64,000 nucleotides of DNA from Bacteroidota bacterium. GTDB lineage: Bacteria > Bacteroidota > Ignavibacteria > Palsa-1295. Each line of letters starts with the position of its first letter. Positions within the stretch are counted from its first letter, which is position 1. This document shows positions 45,041 through 54,777 of the stretch, piece after piece. The notes under the pieces are model-generated. The model did no database searches and was not told where the DNA came from. It worked only from the letters and a program-made list of their open reading frames with translations. The stretch lies in contig JAFDZW010000002.1 in NCBI GenBank assembly GCA_018266755.1, positions 289,166-353,165 of the forward strand. The letters run 5' to 3'. The position numbers and the translations under genes were made by a program.

Positions 45041-46423
45041 TCAGAGTCCGCGCAGGTCGTTAAAGACCATGAAGACCATCAACAGCAAGAGCAGCGTCAC
45101 GCCCACTCGTTGAAAACCCATCTTGAACTTCTGCGAGAGCTCGCGGCGAAGTACGGCCTCGATGAGCACAATAATAAGATGTCCGCCATCGAGCGCCGGC
45201 ACAGGGAGGATATTCAGGAAAGCAAGCGAGAGCGAAAGGATCGCCATGAAGCTCAGGTATGCCACGATTCCGCTTTTGGCACTGCGCGAAGCGAACTGCG
45301 CGATCTTGATCGGGCCGCCGACATTCTTCGAGAAGTTTACCTTCCCGGTAAAGATCATCGCGATATTCTGTACGTACATCTTCGTCTGATAGAAGAGGTC
45401 GTTGATGCCCGTTGAGATCGCCTCTCCCATCGAGTAATCCAGCTTCGTCGTCGGACCGGAATACGGCGCGGGGCTAATCTGGACGCCGATCTGTCCGGCG
45501 GCGTTCGGAGTCACCGCAACGTCTACCTCTTTATTATCGCGCACATACGTCACGGTGATCGGTTGGTTGGCATGCGTCTTGATCATATCGATCATCGCCA
45601 CCTCGTTGAGCACCGGTACGCCGTTGATCTTGACAACGCGATCGCCCGCTTTGAACCCCGCGTGATCGGCCGGATAAGACGCCGTCACATCGTTAACGGT
45701 CGCGCCTGCCATACCTTCGGGATAGAGGCCGAATCGCTTATCGAGCTCGGCGGGTTCGGTCGTCATTTCCGTCGTATGATACGTGACGGTATATTTTGTA
45801 CCGGCACGCTCAAGTGTCATCGCGTAGTCGCGGCCCAGATGTCCGATCGTCCCGTCGATATCGACATCTTGCCAATTCGTCATTGGTTTGCCATCGATCG
45901 CGATCACTTTGTCGCCGGGCAATACACCCAGTTTCGCCGAAACCGAGTTCTGCGCGACATAGCCGATCGTCGTCGTATTCCAAATGATCTTCCCTTCGGA
46001 ATACTTCAGGCCGATGAAGATCGCACCCGCAAGCATGAAATTCAGGATCACACCCGCCGAAAGCACGATCGACTTCTTCCACCAACTCTTCGAACGGAAT
46101 TCCCACGGCTGGGCCGGACCGGAGATCTCTTCCATCTGTGTCTCGTCGATCATGCCCGCAATCCGTGCATAGCCGCCGATCGGCAGCAGTGACAGACGGT
46201 AATCGGTATTCTTCCCAAGTTGTGCTTCGAGCTCTTCACTGAGCGGACCGAAGGTGAAGCCGTTGAGCTTGTTCCACCCGAACAGACGGCGGCCCATCCC
46301 GATCGAATAGACCGGGACATACATCCCGAAGATGCGACCTGCGATGAAGTGTCCGAACTCGTGGATCGAAACGAGGACGAAAATCGTCAGGATGAAGTAG
46401 AAGAGCGTTTGCAGAAATTCCAT
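45041..46423 (-). CDS. rseP: RIP metalloprotease RseP (site-2 protease, M50 family)
   Basis: HEFGHFIAGRIFG (HExxH) in TM1, PDZ domains (GVLPGDKVIAIDGKPM, GFKAGDRVVKINGVP), and C-terminal LSLAFLNILPVPALDGGH. Confidence 0.92.
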   Translation of the reverse strand: MEFLQTLFYFILTIFVLVSIHEFGHFIAGRIFGMYVPVYSIGMGRRLFGWNKLNGFTFGPLSEELEAQLGKNTDYRLSLLPIGGYARIAGMIDETQMEEISGPAQPWEFRSKSWWKKSIVLSAGVILNFMLAGAIFIGLKYSEGKIIWNTTTIGYVAQNSVSAKLGVLPGDKVIAIDGKPMTNWQDVDIDGTIGHLGRDYAMTLERAGTKYTVTYHTTEMTTEPAELDKRFGLYPEGMAGATVNDVTASYPADHAGFKAGDRVVKINGVPVLNEVAMIDMIKTHANQPITVTYVRDNKEVDVAVTPNAAGQIGVQISPAPYSGPTTKLDYSMGEAISTGINDLFYQTKMYVQNIAMIFTGKVNFSKNVGGPIKIAQFASRSAKSGIVAYLSFMAILSLSLAFLNILPVPALDGGHLIIVLIEAVLRRELSQKFKMGFQRVGVTLLLLLMVFMVFNDLRGL

Positions 46424-46497
46424 AACCGTGTAAATGCGAATTCGAATGATTGGGTTCGGGCCCCGGTAGGGGGCCAGTGTTGGCGTTCGTAATACAT

Positions 46498-46580
46498 GTC
46501 ATTCCGAGCGAAGCGAAGAATCCCTTGATGAAACGCAGTGAGGCTCCGCCATAGAGATTCTTCGCTTCGCTCAGAATGAC
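46498..46580. repeat. palindromic element family A, copy 6
   Basis: GTCATTCCGAGCGAAGCGAAGAATCCCTTGATGAAACGCAGTGAGGCTCCGCCATAGAGATTCTTCGCTTCGCTCAGAATGAC. The loop is nearly identical to that of copy 1. Confidence 0.88.
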
Positions 46581-46615
46581 GTCTTCTTAAACCTTCAAAC
46601 TGATCCTCCCCAGCC

Positions 46616-47077
46616 CTACCGTGATGGCGGTCTGCGCTTGAGAAAACGTGTCGCCGGCCATTGCCTCCGCCAGTAGCCGACCGGGTGAATGCGGTCCTCG
46701 ACAATATCGTAGAACTTCACTGTTTGCAAGTCCTTACTGACAAGCAACGAAAACCATCGCACCGAATGGTCGGTATGCGATTCACCAACATAGATCTGGT
46801 AGTACTTCCGTTCGATCGCGGTTTGACCCGAATCGCTCGGAATGCCCTCGACGTACATGATCGATTCCACGCTGTCTCGTGCATAGTGTGCATTGAAGCG
46901 GGAAAGTACGTCCATAAAATCGGGGATCTGCTCGACCCGGCGCAGGACGGAATCTTCCATGGTCGTGGTCGGCTGGGCTCTCGCTGAAGCGGCAAGTACG
47001 AGTCCTGCCAAGACTGCAACGACGATACACCTACCCGATACGCTCCTGGGCATATACTCTTGTCTGTACGTCGGCAT
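46616..47077 (-). CDS. hypothetical exported protein
   Basis: Signal-like RCIVVAVLAGLVLAASARAQ. The gene overlaps the dxr 3' end by 23-47 nt depending on the start chosen (47077 or 47053). No family recognised. Confidence 0.5.
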   Translation of the reverse strand: MPTYRQEYMPRSVSGRCIVVAVLAGLVLAASARAQPTTTMEDSVLRRVEQIPDFMDVLSRFNAHYARDSVESIMYVEGIPSDSGQTAIERKYYQIYVGESHTDHSVRWFSLLVSKDLQTVKFYDIVEDRIHPVGYWRRQWPATRFLKRRPPSR

Positions 47078-48224
47078 CGTAGATACGTTCCAAACCGGCG
47101 GCGATACCGGCCTCGGTGTTTACATCGAAGGGTTCGGCACAGCTCGCCGGAGCGTTCGAGATAGCATCGGCGATCACATGCGGAATATCCGTAAACGCGA
47201 TGCGCTCTTCCAAGAATGCCTCCACTGCTACTTCGTTGGCGGAATTGAGGATACACGGATACACACCGCCGAGTGACGCCGCCTCGCGCGCTAACCGCAG
47301 CGCCGGGAATCGGGTAGTGTCGGGTTCTTCGAAATCGAAGCGATTATTCTTTAGCAAATCGAGCAGGTCATACGCGACCGGAAGACGTTCGGGGAAACCG
47401 AGTGCATATTGAATCGGCAATCGCATATCTGGTGCACCAAGCTGGGCTTTAATGCTACCGTCCTTGAACTCGACCATCGAATGGACCACCGACTGCGGAT
47501 GCACAATCACATCCACTTGCTCGAGCCCTACACCAAAGAGCCAGCGCGCCTCGATGACTTCGAGCCCTTTGTTCATGAGGGTTGCCGAGTCGATCGTGAT
47601 CTTGCGACCCATCACCCAGTTCGGATGCTTGAGCGCACGTTCGAGCGTGATCGCGGCAAACTCTTCTGCGGGTAGCGTACGGAAGGGTCCGCCGCTGGCG
47701 GTGAGGATAATCCGTTTGATCAAATCGTTCGATTCGCCGACAAGGCACTGCGCTACTGCCGAATGTTCGGAGTCGATCGGCACAAGCTCGGCACCGGTGC
47801 GTTTGGCGAGCCCTGTCATTAATTCGCCCGCAACGACGAGCGTCTCTTTGTTCGCTAACGCCACGCGCTTGCCTGCATGGATGGCGGCGATTGTCGGCCG
47901 TAACCCTGCGAAGCCGACCATCGCGCCGACAACAGTGTCGACCGCATCGTCGGCAGCAATTGCTTCGAGCGCCTCCGCACCGAAGCGCACATCAACGGAT
48001 GTCCCGACCGCTTGCAGCACCGCATGATAGGCATCGCTATCGGTCATGACCACGACCTTCGGCGAGAACTCCTGAATCTGACGGAGCACTTCGTCAACCG
48101 AGCGATGGGCGGAAATGGCATACACCGAAAACCGATCGCGGTTATGGCGCACGACGTTGAGCGTATTCTTGCCGATACTTCCGGTCGAACCGAGGATACA
48201 CAAGCGGCGGGGTGTGGTATTCAT
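47031..48224 (-). CDS. dxr: 1-deoxy-D-xylulose-5-phosphate reductoisomerase
   Basis: LCILGSTGSIGKNTLNVV (NADPH site), LANKETLV, PIDSEHSA, LTASGGPFR, HPNWVMGRKITIDSATLMNKGLE. Confidence 0.95.
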   Translation of the reverse strand: MNTTPRRLCILGSTGSIGKNTLNVVRHNRDRFSVYAISAHRSVDEVLRQIQEFSPKVVVMTDSDAYHAVLQAVGTSVDVRFGAEALEAIAADDAVDTVVGAMVGFAGLRPTIAAIHAGKRVALANKETLVVAGELMTGLAKRTGAELVPIDSEHSAVAQCLVGESNDLIKRIILTASGGPFRTLPAEEFAAITLERALKHPNWVMGRKITIDSATLMNKGLEVIEARWLFGVGLEQVDVIVHPQSVVHSMVEFKDGSIKAQLGAPDMRLPIQYALGFPERLPVAYDLLDLLKNNRFDFEEPDTTRFPALRLAREAASLGGVYPCILNSANEVAVEAFLEERIAFTDIPHVIADAISNAPASCAEPFDVNTEAGIAAGLERIYDADVQTRVYAQERIG

Positions 48225-48403
48225 GCGTTATGGCGATATCGATTCGTTGCTCGTTGCGTCTAGCGTATGCATCATCCTTCGATGCAACAATTTGACAATT
48301 CTCGCGTTACTTGGAAACTGAATAAACACCGATCGCCCTGAAACAGTACCGAACGAGACGCTCCGTCCGCCCTCGCAGTAGAACTGCGTGGGTTGTACTT
48401 GCT

Positions 48404-50440
48404 GTGATCGGTCTTGTATCTGCACTCGCATGGTGCGCAGACGCTCAGACTCTCCACACCGATTCGTTAGCTCGGCCGGATTCCGCAAAGACCCTTGTTG
48501 TTCGTCCGTTTCGACGCCCCATCGCCGTCGATGCAGGTGCGAGTACGCATCTCACGAACGAAGCGGTACGATATTATGGCTCGCCGCAAACGATCCCATC
48601 GCTGCTTGAGAATGCGGGAATCGGCGCCGCGCTATTGCTTGGCGATCAAGGCTATGGCCGCGAGGTCAATCTATTCACTTCGCGCACCTCAGAACCGCTT
48701 ACCGCTGGGTTCATCAACGGGATCCTGCCACTCAACGACCCGATTAGCGGGAATTCGATGCTGAACTACTATCCGATCGAACTCCTGAGTGCGCTCAATA
48801 TCTCCCATGGCGGCGCGATGGGGTCGCTCGATCATGCGGCAAGCGATGTCGTTGACGGACACATCGAAACATTCCGAACGCCGATCGCCTATTCCCGCAT
48901 GCATTACACGCAGGAGCTCGGCCACAGCTTCTCGAATTTCGAAGGACTACTTGCCGTCAGTCCGTCGGAGCCGCTCAATATCGCGCTTGCCGTGTACCGC
49001 CGGGGCTCCGGGTCGGCGCTCAACTCGACCACGCTCAACCTGAACCCACGCACCGACGATTGGTGGGTGCGCTCGCAGGCGAGCTACGACAGCAAGAATA
49101 TTCACGCGCTCCTCTTCGCCCTCTACACATCTGCATTCAGCGGCACCAATGGCGGGACGTTCAAGATCGACTCGACGACCGATGTCTTCGACGAACAGCT
49201 CGCACCGACGTATTCGCCGCGCAGCTACGATCATCGAACACGGCTGGACCTGCTCGGGCAATCTGCCTTCTCGCTTCTGAGCGAGAAAGACCCGACGCTC
49301 ATTGCCGCATATATGACGATCTCGGCACGAAAGCTGTTCGTTGCGGACTCGACATTTTCATCGATCGCTGCACCGCTTCGCAACGGTGACCGTTTCGGGA
49401 TGACATTCCAGCAACCCGCCGAACTCTCGCTCGGCGCTTTCACGACCAGGGCGTTGCTTCGTGCCGATGCACAAGTGCTGTCGCGGACGACGCCATCGAA
49501 CAGAACTACGGATATTCTCGAGAAACGATACTCTGCGCTAGCAAGCGATTCGCTTTCGCTCGGCGGTGCATTCGGCGTGAGCGCCAATGGCTTCTTCCGG
49601 TGGACGCTCTCGAGCCTCACTCTTGGCGGCAACACCGAGCCGGACCTTGCACTATCGAACTTCGGGCTCGAAGGCTCGGCACGCCTGAGCCGTGCGCTTT
49701 CCGTAACTGCGCAGTTCACCTATATGCGCGATCGGGCCGTGCAATCGCCAGACCCGCTTGCGACCTATGAACTGCGCAATTTGGGTATCTTCACTACGCT
49801 CGGCATTCCGTTCGGAGTCAACGACAGTATTGCGATCACAACCGGATATCTCGACCGCGTCGAACCGGAGGGCATTATCCTCGTCCCCACGAGTTACAAC
49901 GATAGCCTTTACTACCCTGCCTTCTCGGCTACTGCGCTTCATTCGCGAGGCATCAACGGTTCGATCAATGCATGGCTCGGTTCGTTTCGCATTAATGCAA
50001 GCGGGACTTTCCTGCCGAGCGTGCACCCTCTCTCGTCGTACACGAACATTCCGTCGCTGGTGTCGGATATATCGGCACGGATCTCGGCTCAGGCCGGAGT
50101 CTATTATGAAAGCGATATTGCCGATGGCAACCTGCGGCTCAGTCTTGGTGGACGGACTCGATACCTGAATCGTCTGACCCCCGCCTTATCGTACGATGCC
50201 GCGACTGATTATTATGCCTATCGAGGTCTTCCGCACTACGGGACGACACTCACCGACGATTCACGTTTCACCTCACCACGATATATAGTCGACATTCTCG
50301 CTTCCGCTCTGATCGATCAGCGAGCACAAGTGAACGTACAGTTCTTGAATGTTCTTGGCACTCCGTATTTCAATGTCCCGATCTACCCACGCGAGGGGTT
50401 CTCGTTCCGATTGGATGTGACGTGGGCATTCCTCGATTAG
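48404..50440 (+). CDS. outer-membrane beta-barrel protein (TonB-dependent-receptor-like / putative porin)
   Basis: N-terminal plug-like segment (TIPSLLENAGIG...GFINGILPLNDPISGNSMLNYYPIELLSALNISHGG), long alternating beta-strand pattern, and an aromatic-rich C-terminus FSFRLDVTWAFLD. The start codon is uncertain (see findings). Confidence 0.65.
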   Translation: MIGLVSALAWCADAQTLHTDSLARPDSAKTLVVRPFRRPIAVDAGASTHLTNEAVRYYGSPQTIPSLLENAGIGAALLLGDQGYGREVNLFTSRTSEPLTAGFINGILPLNDPISGNSMLNYYPIELLSALNISHGGAMGSLDHAASDVVDGHIETFRTPIAYSRMHYTQELGHSFSNFEGLLAVSPSEPLNIALAVYRRGSGSALNSTTLNLNPRTDDWWVRSQASYDSKNIHALLFALYTSAFSGTNGGTFKIDSTTDVFDEQLAPTYSPRSYDHRTRLDLLGQSAFSLLSEKDPTLIAAYMTISARKLFVADSTFSSIAAPLRNGDRFGMTFQQPAELSLGAFTTRALLRADAQVLSRTTPSNRTTDILEKRYSALASDSLSLGGAFGVSANGFFRWTLSSLTLGGNTEPDLALSNFGLEGSARLSRALSVTAQFTYMRDRAVQSPDPLATYELRNLGIFTTLGIPFGVNDSIAITTGYLDRVEPEGIILVPTSYNDSLYYPAFSATALHSRGINGSINAWLGSFRINASGTFLPSVHPLSSYTNIPSLVSDISARISAQAGVYYESDIADGNLRLSLGGRTRYLNRLTPALSYDAATDYYAYRGLPHYGTTLTDDSRFTSPRYIVDILASALIDQRAQVNVQFLNVLGTPYFNVPIYPREGFSFRLDVTWAFLD

Positions 50441-50441
50441 C

Positions 50442-51725
50442 CTACCGCATATCGCGGCTGTCCTCAACATAGGTGATTATACCACTACGAAATACCGGTC
50501 GTGGTGTATGATTGCGAATATCCTGATAGAAATGAAAGTGGGTGAACGGATTTGAACCGCCGTGTGTGTCATAATTACCGAACGTGTCGATCGGTGCAGC
50601 ATCCAACTCTCGATTCCACACCGCCGTTGACCAAACGAGAATCGTCGCGGAGACCATTGTTAGAGTACACAACCCGAATGCAAGAACCCGGCGCGAACGG
50701 GGATGTCTCAGTGTCCGGGCAATGAATGCGACTATTGCAAGATACCCCACATACGTAAATCGCACGCCCGGCGCGACCATCCCACCGAGAAACGCCGGCG
50801 AGAAGATGGCAATCGCAAGAGCGAGTGCGCCGATCACGGCTGAGAACTCCCAGTACCGAGCGCGGATCGAACGGACGATCATCCACACAGCCCCGATCCA
50901 GAACCCAATCGCAAATACGGCGTCGAACCACACGAACACCGTTGATGGCTCAAAGACATGCTTCATCCGGTGGACCGGCATGACTACCGCCGGCAACGTC
51001 CGTATCGACGTACGGACCGACTCCGCATAAGTGACCGAGAATCCGTCAGTCGGGCCCATCGGAATGTCTTTTGCTATGCAGTACTGCACAAACAGCACCA
51101 CCGACGGTAGCAGCGCCAATAGCGATCGTTTGAACAGCTTGACATTCGCTTCGCGCATGCACACGACAAGCAATACACTACAGAGGATCGCAGCGGCGAC
51201 AAAGTGGGAGACATATGCGGCAAAAAGAAACAGCATCAGCGGGAAACCGAGCGCAGAGCTACGATGCCGAAGTACATAGACACTGCCATGCAGGGCAACG
51301 CCGAGACCGAAAACAAAATTTACAAAGCCCATCTGGACATCCAGCGTCATGCACCCACCAATGGCTACAAGGATGTTGACCGCCTCCTGTCGCGATCCAA
51401 GTACATACATCAGCCGAACGCTTCCGCTATAGCACAGGACCAATGTGATCAATAGATAAATTTTTCCGGCAACGATCGGGGCAAGCATGCCCTCCAGCGC
51501 TGCGATCACCAGAGTTGCAGCGGAATTCGGGGGAAGATATGGCTGAAGCCGAAAGTGGCCGCCGAGATCGTCATGATGTGCGAGCCATTGATGCATTACG
51601 TAACCGTGATACGTCCATTGCGGTAGATCCTGGAAGGGAAGATATTCGAATCCGCCGACGTACATCGCAAGCGTCGCGACGACGAGGAGATGTATAATTC
51701 GGGACCGAAGCGAGATGTGTTGCAT
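50442..51725 (-). CDS. hypothetical polytopic inner-membrane protein (possibly glycosyltransferase-like)
   Basis: At least 10 hydrophobic segments across 427 aa. No catalytic motif recognised. Its stop codon is 1 nt from the stop of the convergent 48404..50440 gene. Confidence 0.65.
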   Translation of the reverse strand: MQHISLRSRIIHLLVVATLAMYVGGFEYLPFQDLPQWTYHGYVMHQWLAHHDDLGGHFRLQPYLPPNSAATLVIAALEGMLAPIVAGKIYLLITLVLCYSGSVRLMYVLGSRQEAVNILVAIGGCMTLDVQMGFVNFVFGLGVALHGSVYVLRHRSSALGFPLMLFLFAAYVSHFVAAAILCSVLLVVCMREANVKLFKRSLLALLPSVVLFVQYCIAKDIPMGPTDGFSVTYAESVRTSIRTLPAVVMPVHRMKHVFEPSTVFVWFDAVFAIGFWIGAVWMIVRSIRARYWEFSAVIGALALAIAIFSPAFLGGMVAPGVRFTYVGYLAIVAFIARTLRHPRSRRVLAFGLCTLTMVSATILVWSTAVWNRELDAAPIDTFGNYDTHGGSNPFTHFHFYQDIRNHTPRPVFRSGIITYVEDSRDMR

Positions 51726-51870
51726 TTCGGGATGTTCCTTTTATGCAGGAACACGGCTGCAGAGTAGCGGTTGTCTCTACCCACATACGAAAAGTAGGTC
51801 TCTTCTGCGTACCCCAGCAGCGGCGACGTTTCTCCTTGCTTACGTGTTTGCACCTGCGCAGAAGTAGCGA

Positions 51871-52743
51871 ATGAGCATTCTTTCACGCATCCGAGGCAGT
51901 AAGCTCAAGCCCGCCTGGCAGTTCCAAGCCGGCGATGGGAAGATGTTCTGGCGCCTGCTCATCAGCCCGAACGGTATCCTCGGCGGTGAGGAGCGCGATG
52001 TGGAGAACAAGACGGCTTCGCTCTTTGCCCTCGATGTGGCATCGGGCACGATGATCTGGCGAAACGTCGGCATCGACGAACCGTGGTGGTTCCATTCGGC
52101 AAAGCTCACCCCGCAGAATCTCTATATCCATCGCTTCCGCAAGCCCGACATGCCCGAGCCGCTCGGCATCGTCACGCTCGACGCCGCGACCGGTACCGTT
52201 CGCTGGGAGCAACCGGATGTTGCGATGCTCTTCGAATACGACGGCAAGGTGTACGCCCAACGCGAGGCGCTCGGCCGCACTGAGTTCTTTGCGATCGATA
52301 GCCGCAGTGGCGAAGTGCTCGAGGCTTTTGGCTCGGAGCGCGAGAACATCCTTGGGTTGCAGGCGCTTGTGGCGAACGAGGATACGGAATCTATCTACTC
52401 GGTACCGATCGCTCCGGGCGAGGAGCTCTTCGAACCGATCGCAGCGCTCGTAAGCGAAGTGCTCGATGTGAATGAACTTCGCGGCTCGATCGACTTCGCC
52501 GACTTCGGCGGGAAGCTTGTCTTTAGTTACCACACACGCATCACCGGCGATGCCAATGCGATGCTCGCGAACACGCTGTCGAACCACCTTGTCATTCTCG
52601 ACAAGGACAGCGGCGATGTGCTCTATCGCGAAGTGCTCAATAGCCGCACGCCGTATCCCGTGCCCGATAACTTTTTTATCCATCGTGGAGTATTGATCTA
52701 TGTCAAAGAGACCACAGAACTCGTGGGCATTCCGCTTCGGTAG
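51871..52743 (+). CDS. hypothetical protein (DUF4905-like by recollection)
   Basis: WQFQAGDGKMFWRLLISPNGILGGEERD...LFALDVASGTMIWRN...YIHRFRKPDMPEPLGIVTLDAATGTVRWEQ resembles a Bacteroidota-wide conserved family. This is not verified. Confidence 0.6.
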   Translation: MSILSRIRGSKLKPAWQFQAGDGKMFWRLLISPNGILGGEERDVENKTASLFALDVASGTMIWRNVGIDEPWWFHSAKLTPQNLYIHRFRKPDMPEPLGIVTLDAATGTVRWEQPDVAMLFEYDGKVYAQREALGRTEFFAIDSRSGEVLEAFGSERENILGLQALVANEDTESIYSVPIAPGEELFEPIAALVSEVLDVNELRGSIDFADFGGKLVFSYHTRITGDANAMLANTLSNHLVILDKDSGDVLYREVLNSRTPYPVPDNFFIHRGVLIYVKETTELVGIPLR

Positions 52744-53203
52744 TTTCGCTGTCGCACTGCTCGTCGCAACGATGCTCAGCAGCTGCGATCGCGGCGCCAC
52801 CGAACAGATCCAGGCTGCCGAGCGATTTGCCGAAGCAACTGCTCGTAACAACGTCGGCATGCGCGACTCGATGATCGCGACGCGGCTCTTTAAGTCGTAC
52901 TTCAAGAACGACTATGTTGCCAGCGACTTCATTACCTACATCCAGTCGATCTACGATTTCCGTAACCATAAATTCATCCGCGCTGCAAGCGCCGATGTCG
53001 ATAAGGACTTCAAAGCAGACCTCACCGGTGGTCTTCTCGACGCAACTGACATTGAAGAGACCGGCATGGTAAAGGTGAAATCGCCGCATGAAACCGATCC
53101 GGTCGCGTATTTCTGGATGGTCAAGCAAAAAGGCCAGCACTGGAAAGTCGCGATGGTGACCAAAGGCGAACTGCAGGTAGACTTTAGCAAAGTTCAGCAA
53201 TAA
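52700..53203 (+). CDS. hypothetical lipoprotein
   Basis: FGSFAVALLVATMLSSC lipobox. It overlaps the upstream gene by 44 nt. Confidence 0.6.
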   Translation: MSKRPQNSWAFRFGSFAVALLVATMLSSCDRGATEQIQAAERFAEATARNNVGMRDSMIATRLFKSYFKNDYVASDFITYIQSIYDFRNHKFIRAASADVDKDFKADLTGGLLDATDIEETGMVKVKSPHETDPVAYFWMVKQKGQHWKVAMVTKGELQVDFSKVQQ

Positions 53204-53207
53204 CGGT

Positions 53208-53666
53208 ATGCTCACAGTAGGCGATAAAGCTCCGGACTTTTCCGGAATCGACGACAGCGGGAAGACGATCTCGCTCAAAGACTTCAAAGGCAAGAAGTTC
53301 GTCCTGTACTTCTACCCGAAGGATAACACGTCCGGCTGTACCGTCGAGGCGTGTGATTTCCGTGATACTTTTCCCTCGTTCCGCAAGGCTGGCATTCCGG
53401 TCATCGGTGTAAGTCCGGACACCGAGAAGTCGCACAAAGGCTTCAAAGAGAAGTATGAACTTCCGTTTCCGCTGATCGCGGATACCGACAAGAAGATCTG
53501 CGAAGCGTTCGGCGTCTGGCAAGAGAAGTCGATGTACGGCCGCAAGTACATGGGCGTCGTGCGTTCGACGTTCATCATCGACGAAAAAGGCAAGATTGCA
53601 GCCTTGTATTCAAAGGTGAAGGTCCCGGGTCACGTCAAAGAAGTGTTGGAAGCAGCGAAGGCATGA
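53208..53666 (+). CDS. bcp: thioredoxin-dependent thiol peroxidase (Bcp / peroxiredoxin Q)
   Basis: GDKAPDFSGIDDSGKTISLKDFKGKKFVLYFYPKDNTSGCTVEACDFRD contains the peroxidatic Cys in the PxxxTxxC context. Confidence 0.92.
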   Translation: MLTVGDKAPDFSGIDDSGKTISLKDFKGKKFVLYFYPKDNTSGCTVEACDFRDTFPSFRKAGIPVIGVSPDTEKSHKGFKEKYELPFPLIADTDKKICEAFGVWQEKSMYGRKYMGVVRSTFIIDEKGKIAALYSKVKVPGHVKEVLEAAKA

Positions 53667-54148
53667 CGATCTACACCGTCGAAAGTGCTGTGACCATTGC
53701 CGCCCCGATCGAGGCGGTGTTCGATTTTCATCTCGATGTTGCGAACCTCAACAAGATCTCGCCACCCGGCATGTCGGCGCGGCTGGTGAAGGACGAGGGA
53801 CTCGGTACGGCCCGGACGATGTACCTTGAGATTACCCAATTCGGATTATTCAAGAGCCATTGGATCGTGAAGATCGACGAATTCGATCCGCCGTTCAAGC
53901 TCACCGACCTCGTGGTGAAAGGTCCCTTCCCCTACTTTCGCCATTCCCGTACGTTCAGCCAGCCGTGTGCAGCGCTGACAGAATTGCGCGACAAGTTGGA
54001 ATACGCCCTGCCATTCGGTGCGATCGGCCGATTGGCGAACAAGATTTCGGTGCAGCGGATGATCAACGATATGTTCGAGCATCGGCACCGCATCACCAAA
54101 GAACTGCTCGAAGAGCGATTCTATATCAAAGAGATCCCTGTATCGTGA
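53663..54148 (+). CDS. SRPBCC (START/polyketide-cyclase-like) family protein
   Basis: VESAVTIAAPIEAVFDFHLDVANLNKISPP is a typical SRPBCC N-terminus. The start overlaps the bcp stop (ATGA). Confidence 0.72.
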   Translation: MTIYTVESAVTIAAPIEAVFDFHLDVANLNKISPPGMSARLVKDEGLGTARTMYLEITQFGLFKSHWIVKIDEFDPPFKLTDLVVKGPFPYFRHSRTFSQPCAALTELRDKLEYALPFGAIGRLANKISVQRMINDMFEHRHRITKELLEERFYIKEIPVS

Positions 54149-54777
54149 TCTTTCCCGAACACGAGCCACAGTACCCTATTCCAAAGCGAGTCGTGACCAA
54201 ACGCCTCGTCCTGCGCGCGTTCGACTCCAAAGATGCCGAGAGCTACTACGATCTCGAACAGCGCGGCCTTCGCGACCACTTGGCGGCATTCATGCCGGGT
54301 ACTCCTGACGACGAGCGAGCGCGGGCCGAAGGCATCCGAGAGATGCGCGCGAAGATCAGGACGACGCTCGACAAGTGGGACGACGGTACCGACTATCGGT
54401 TTGTGATCCGCGAGTCGGGGTCGGAGACGATCATCGGCCAGATCGCCGTCACGAACATTATCCGCAACGTCGCACAATCTGCCTTCGTCGGCTATTGGGT
54501 CGGCCATGACTGGTTGGGCCGAGGCGTTGCGACCGAGGCAACGGCGGCGATCCTGGCGTTCGCGTTCGATGTGCTGCGGCTGCACCGCATTTCGATCTGG
54601 ATCTCACCCGAGAACGCAGCAAGCCTGCGCGTCGTTGAGAAGTTGGGTTTGCGTTATGAAGGGACGGCCATCCGCGCATTGCATCAGGGCGGGAAATGGA
54701 CCGATACCCGTGTCTTTGCGATCACCAGTGAAGAGTGGAATGAAAGAAGGAATGAACTACAGACATTCTATCAGTAA
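54145..54777 (+). CDS. GNAT family N-acetyltransferase (RimJ/RimL-like)
   Basis: KRLVLRAFDSKDAESYYDL..., IGQIAVTNIIRNVAQSAFVGYWVGHDWLGRGVATEA, RISIWISPENAASLRVVEKLGLRYEG. The GTG start overlaps the upstream stop (GTGA). Confidence 0.8.
   Translation: MIFPEHEPQYPIPKRVVTKRLVLRAFDSKDAESYYDLEQRGLRDHLAAFMPGTPDDERARAEGIREMRAKIRTTLDKWDDGTDYRFVIRESGSETIIGQIAVTNIIRNVAQSAFVGYWVGHDWLGRGVATEATAAILAFAFDVLRLHRISIWISPENAASLRVVEKLGLRYEGTAIRALHQGGKWTDTRVFAITSEEWNERRNELQTFYQ

Noticed and set aside
48225-48403. A possible cobalamin or other riboswitch upstream of the TonB-dependent-receptor-like barrel gene.
   Set aside because: No B12-box (GCCACTG-like) or other riboswitch core that I recognise.
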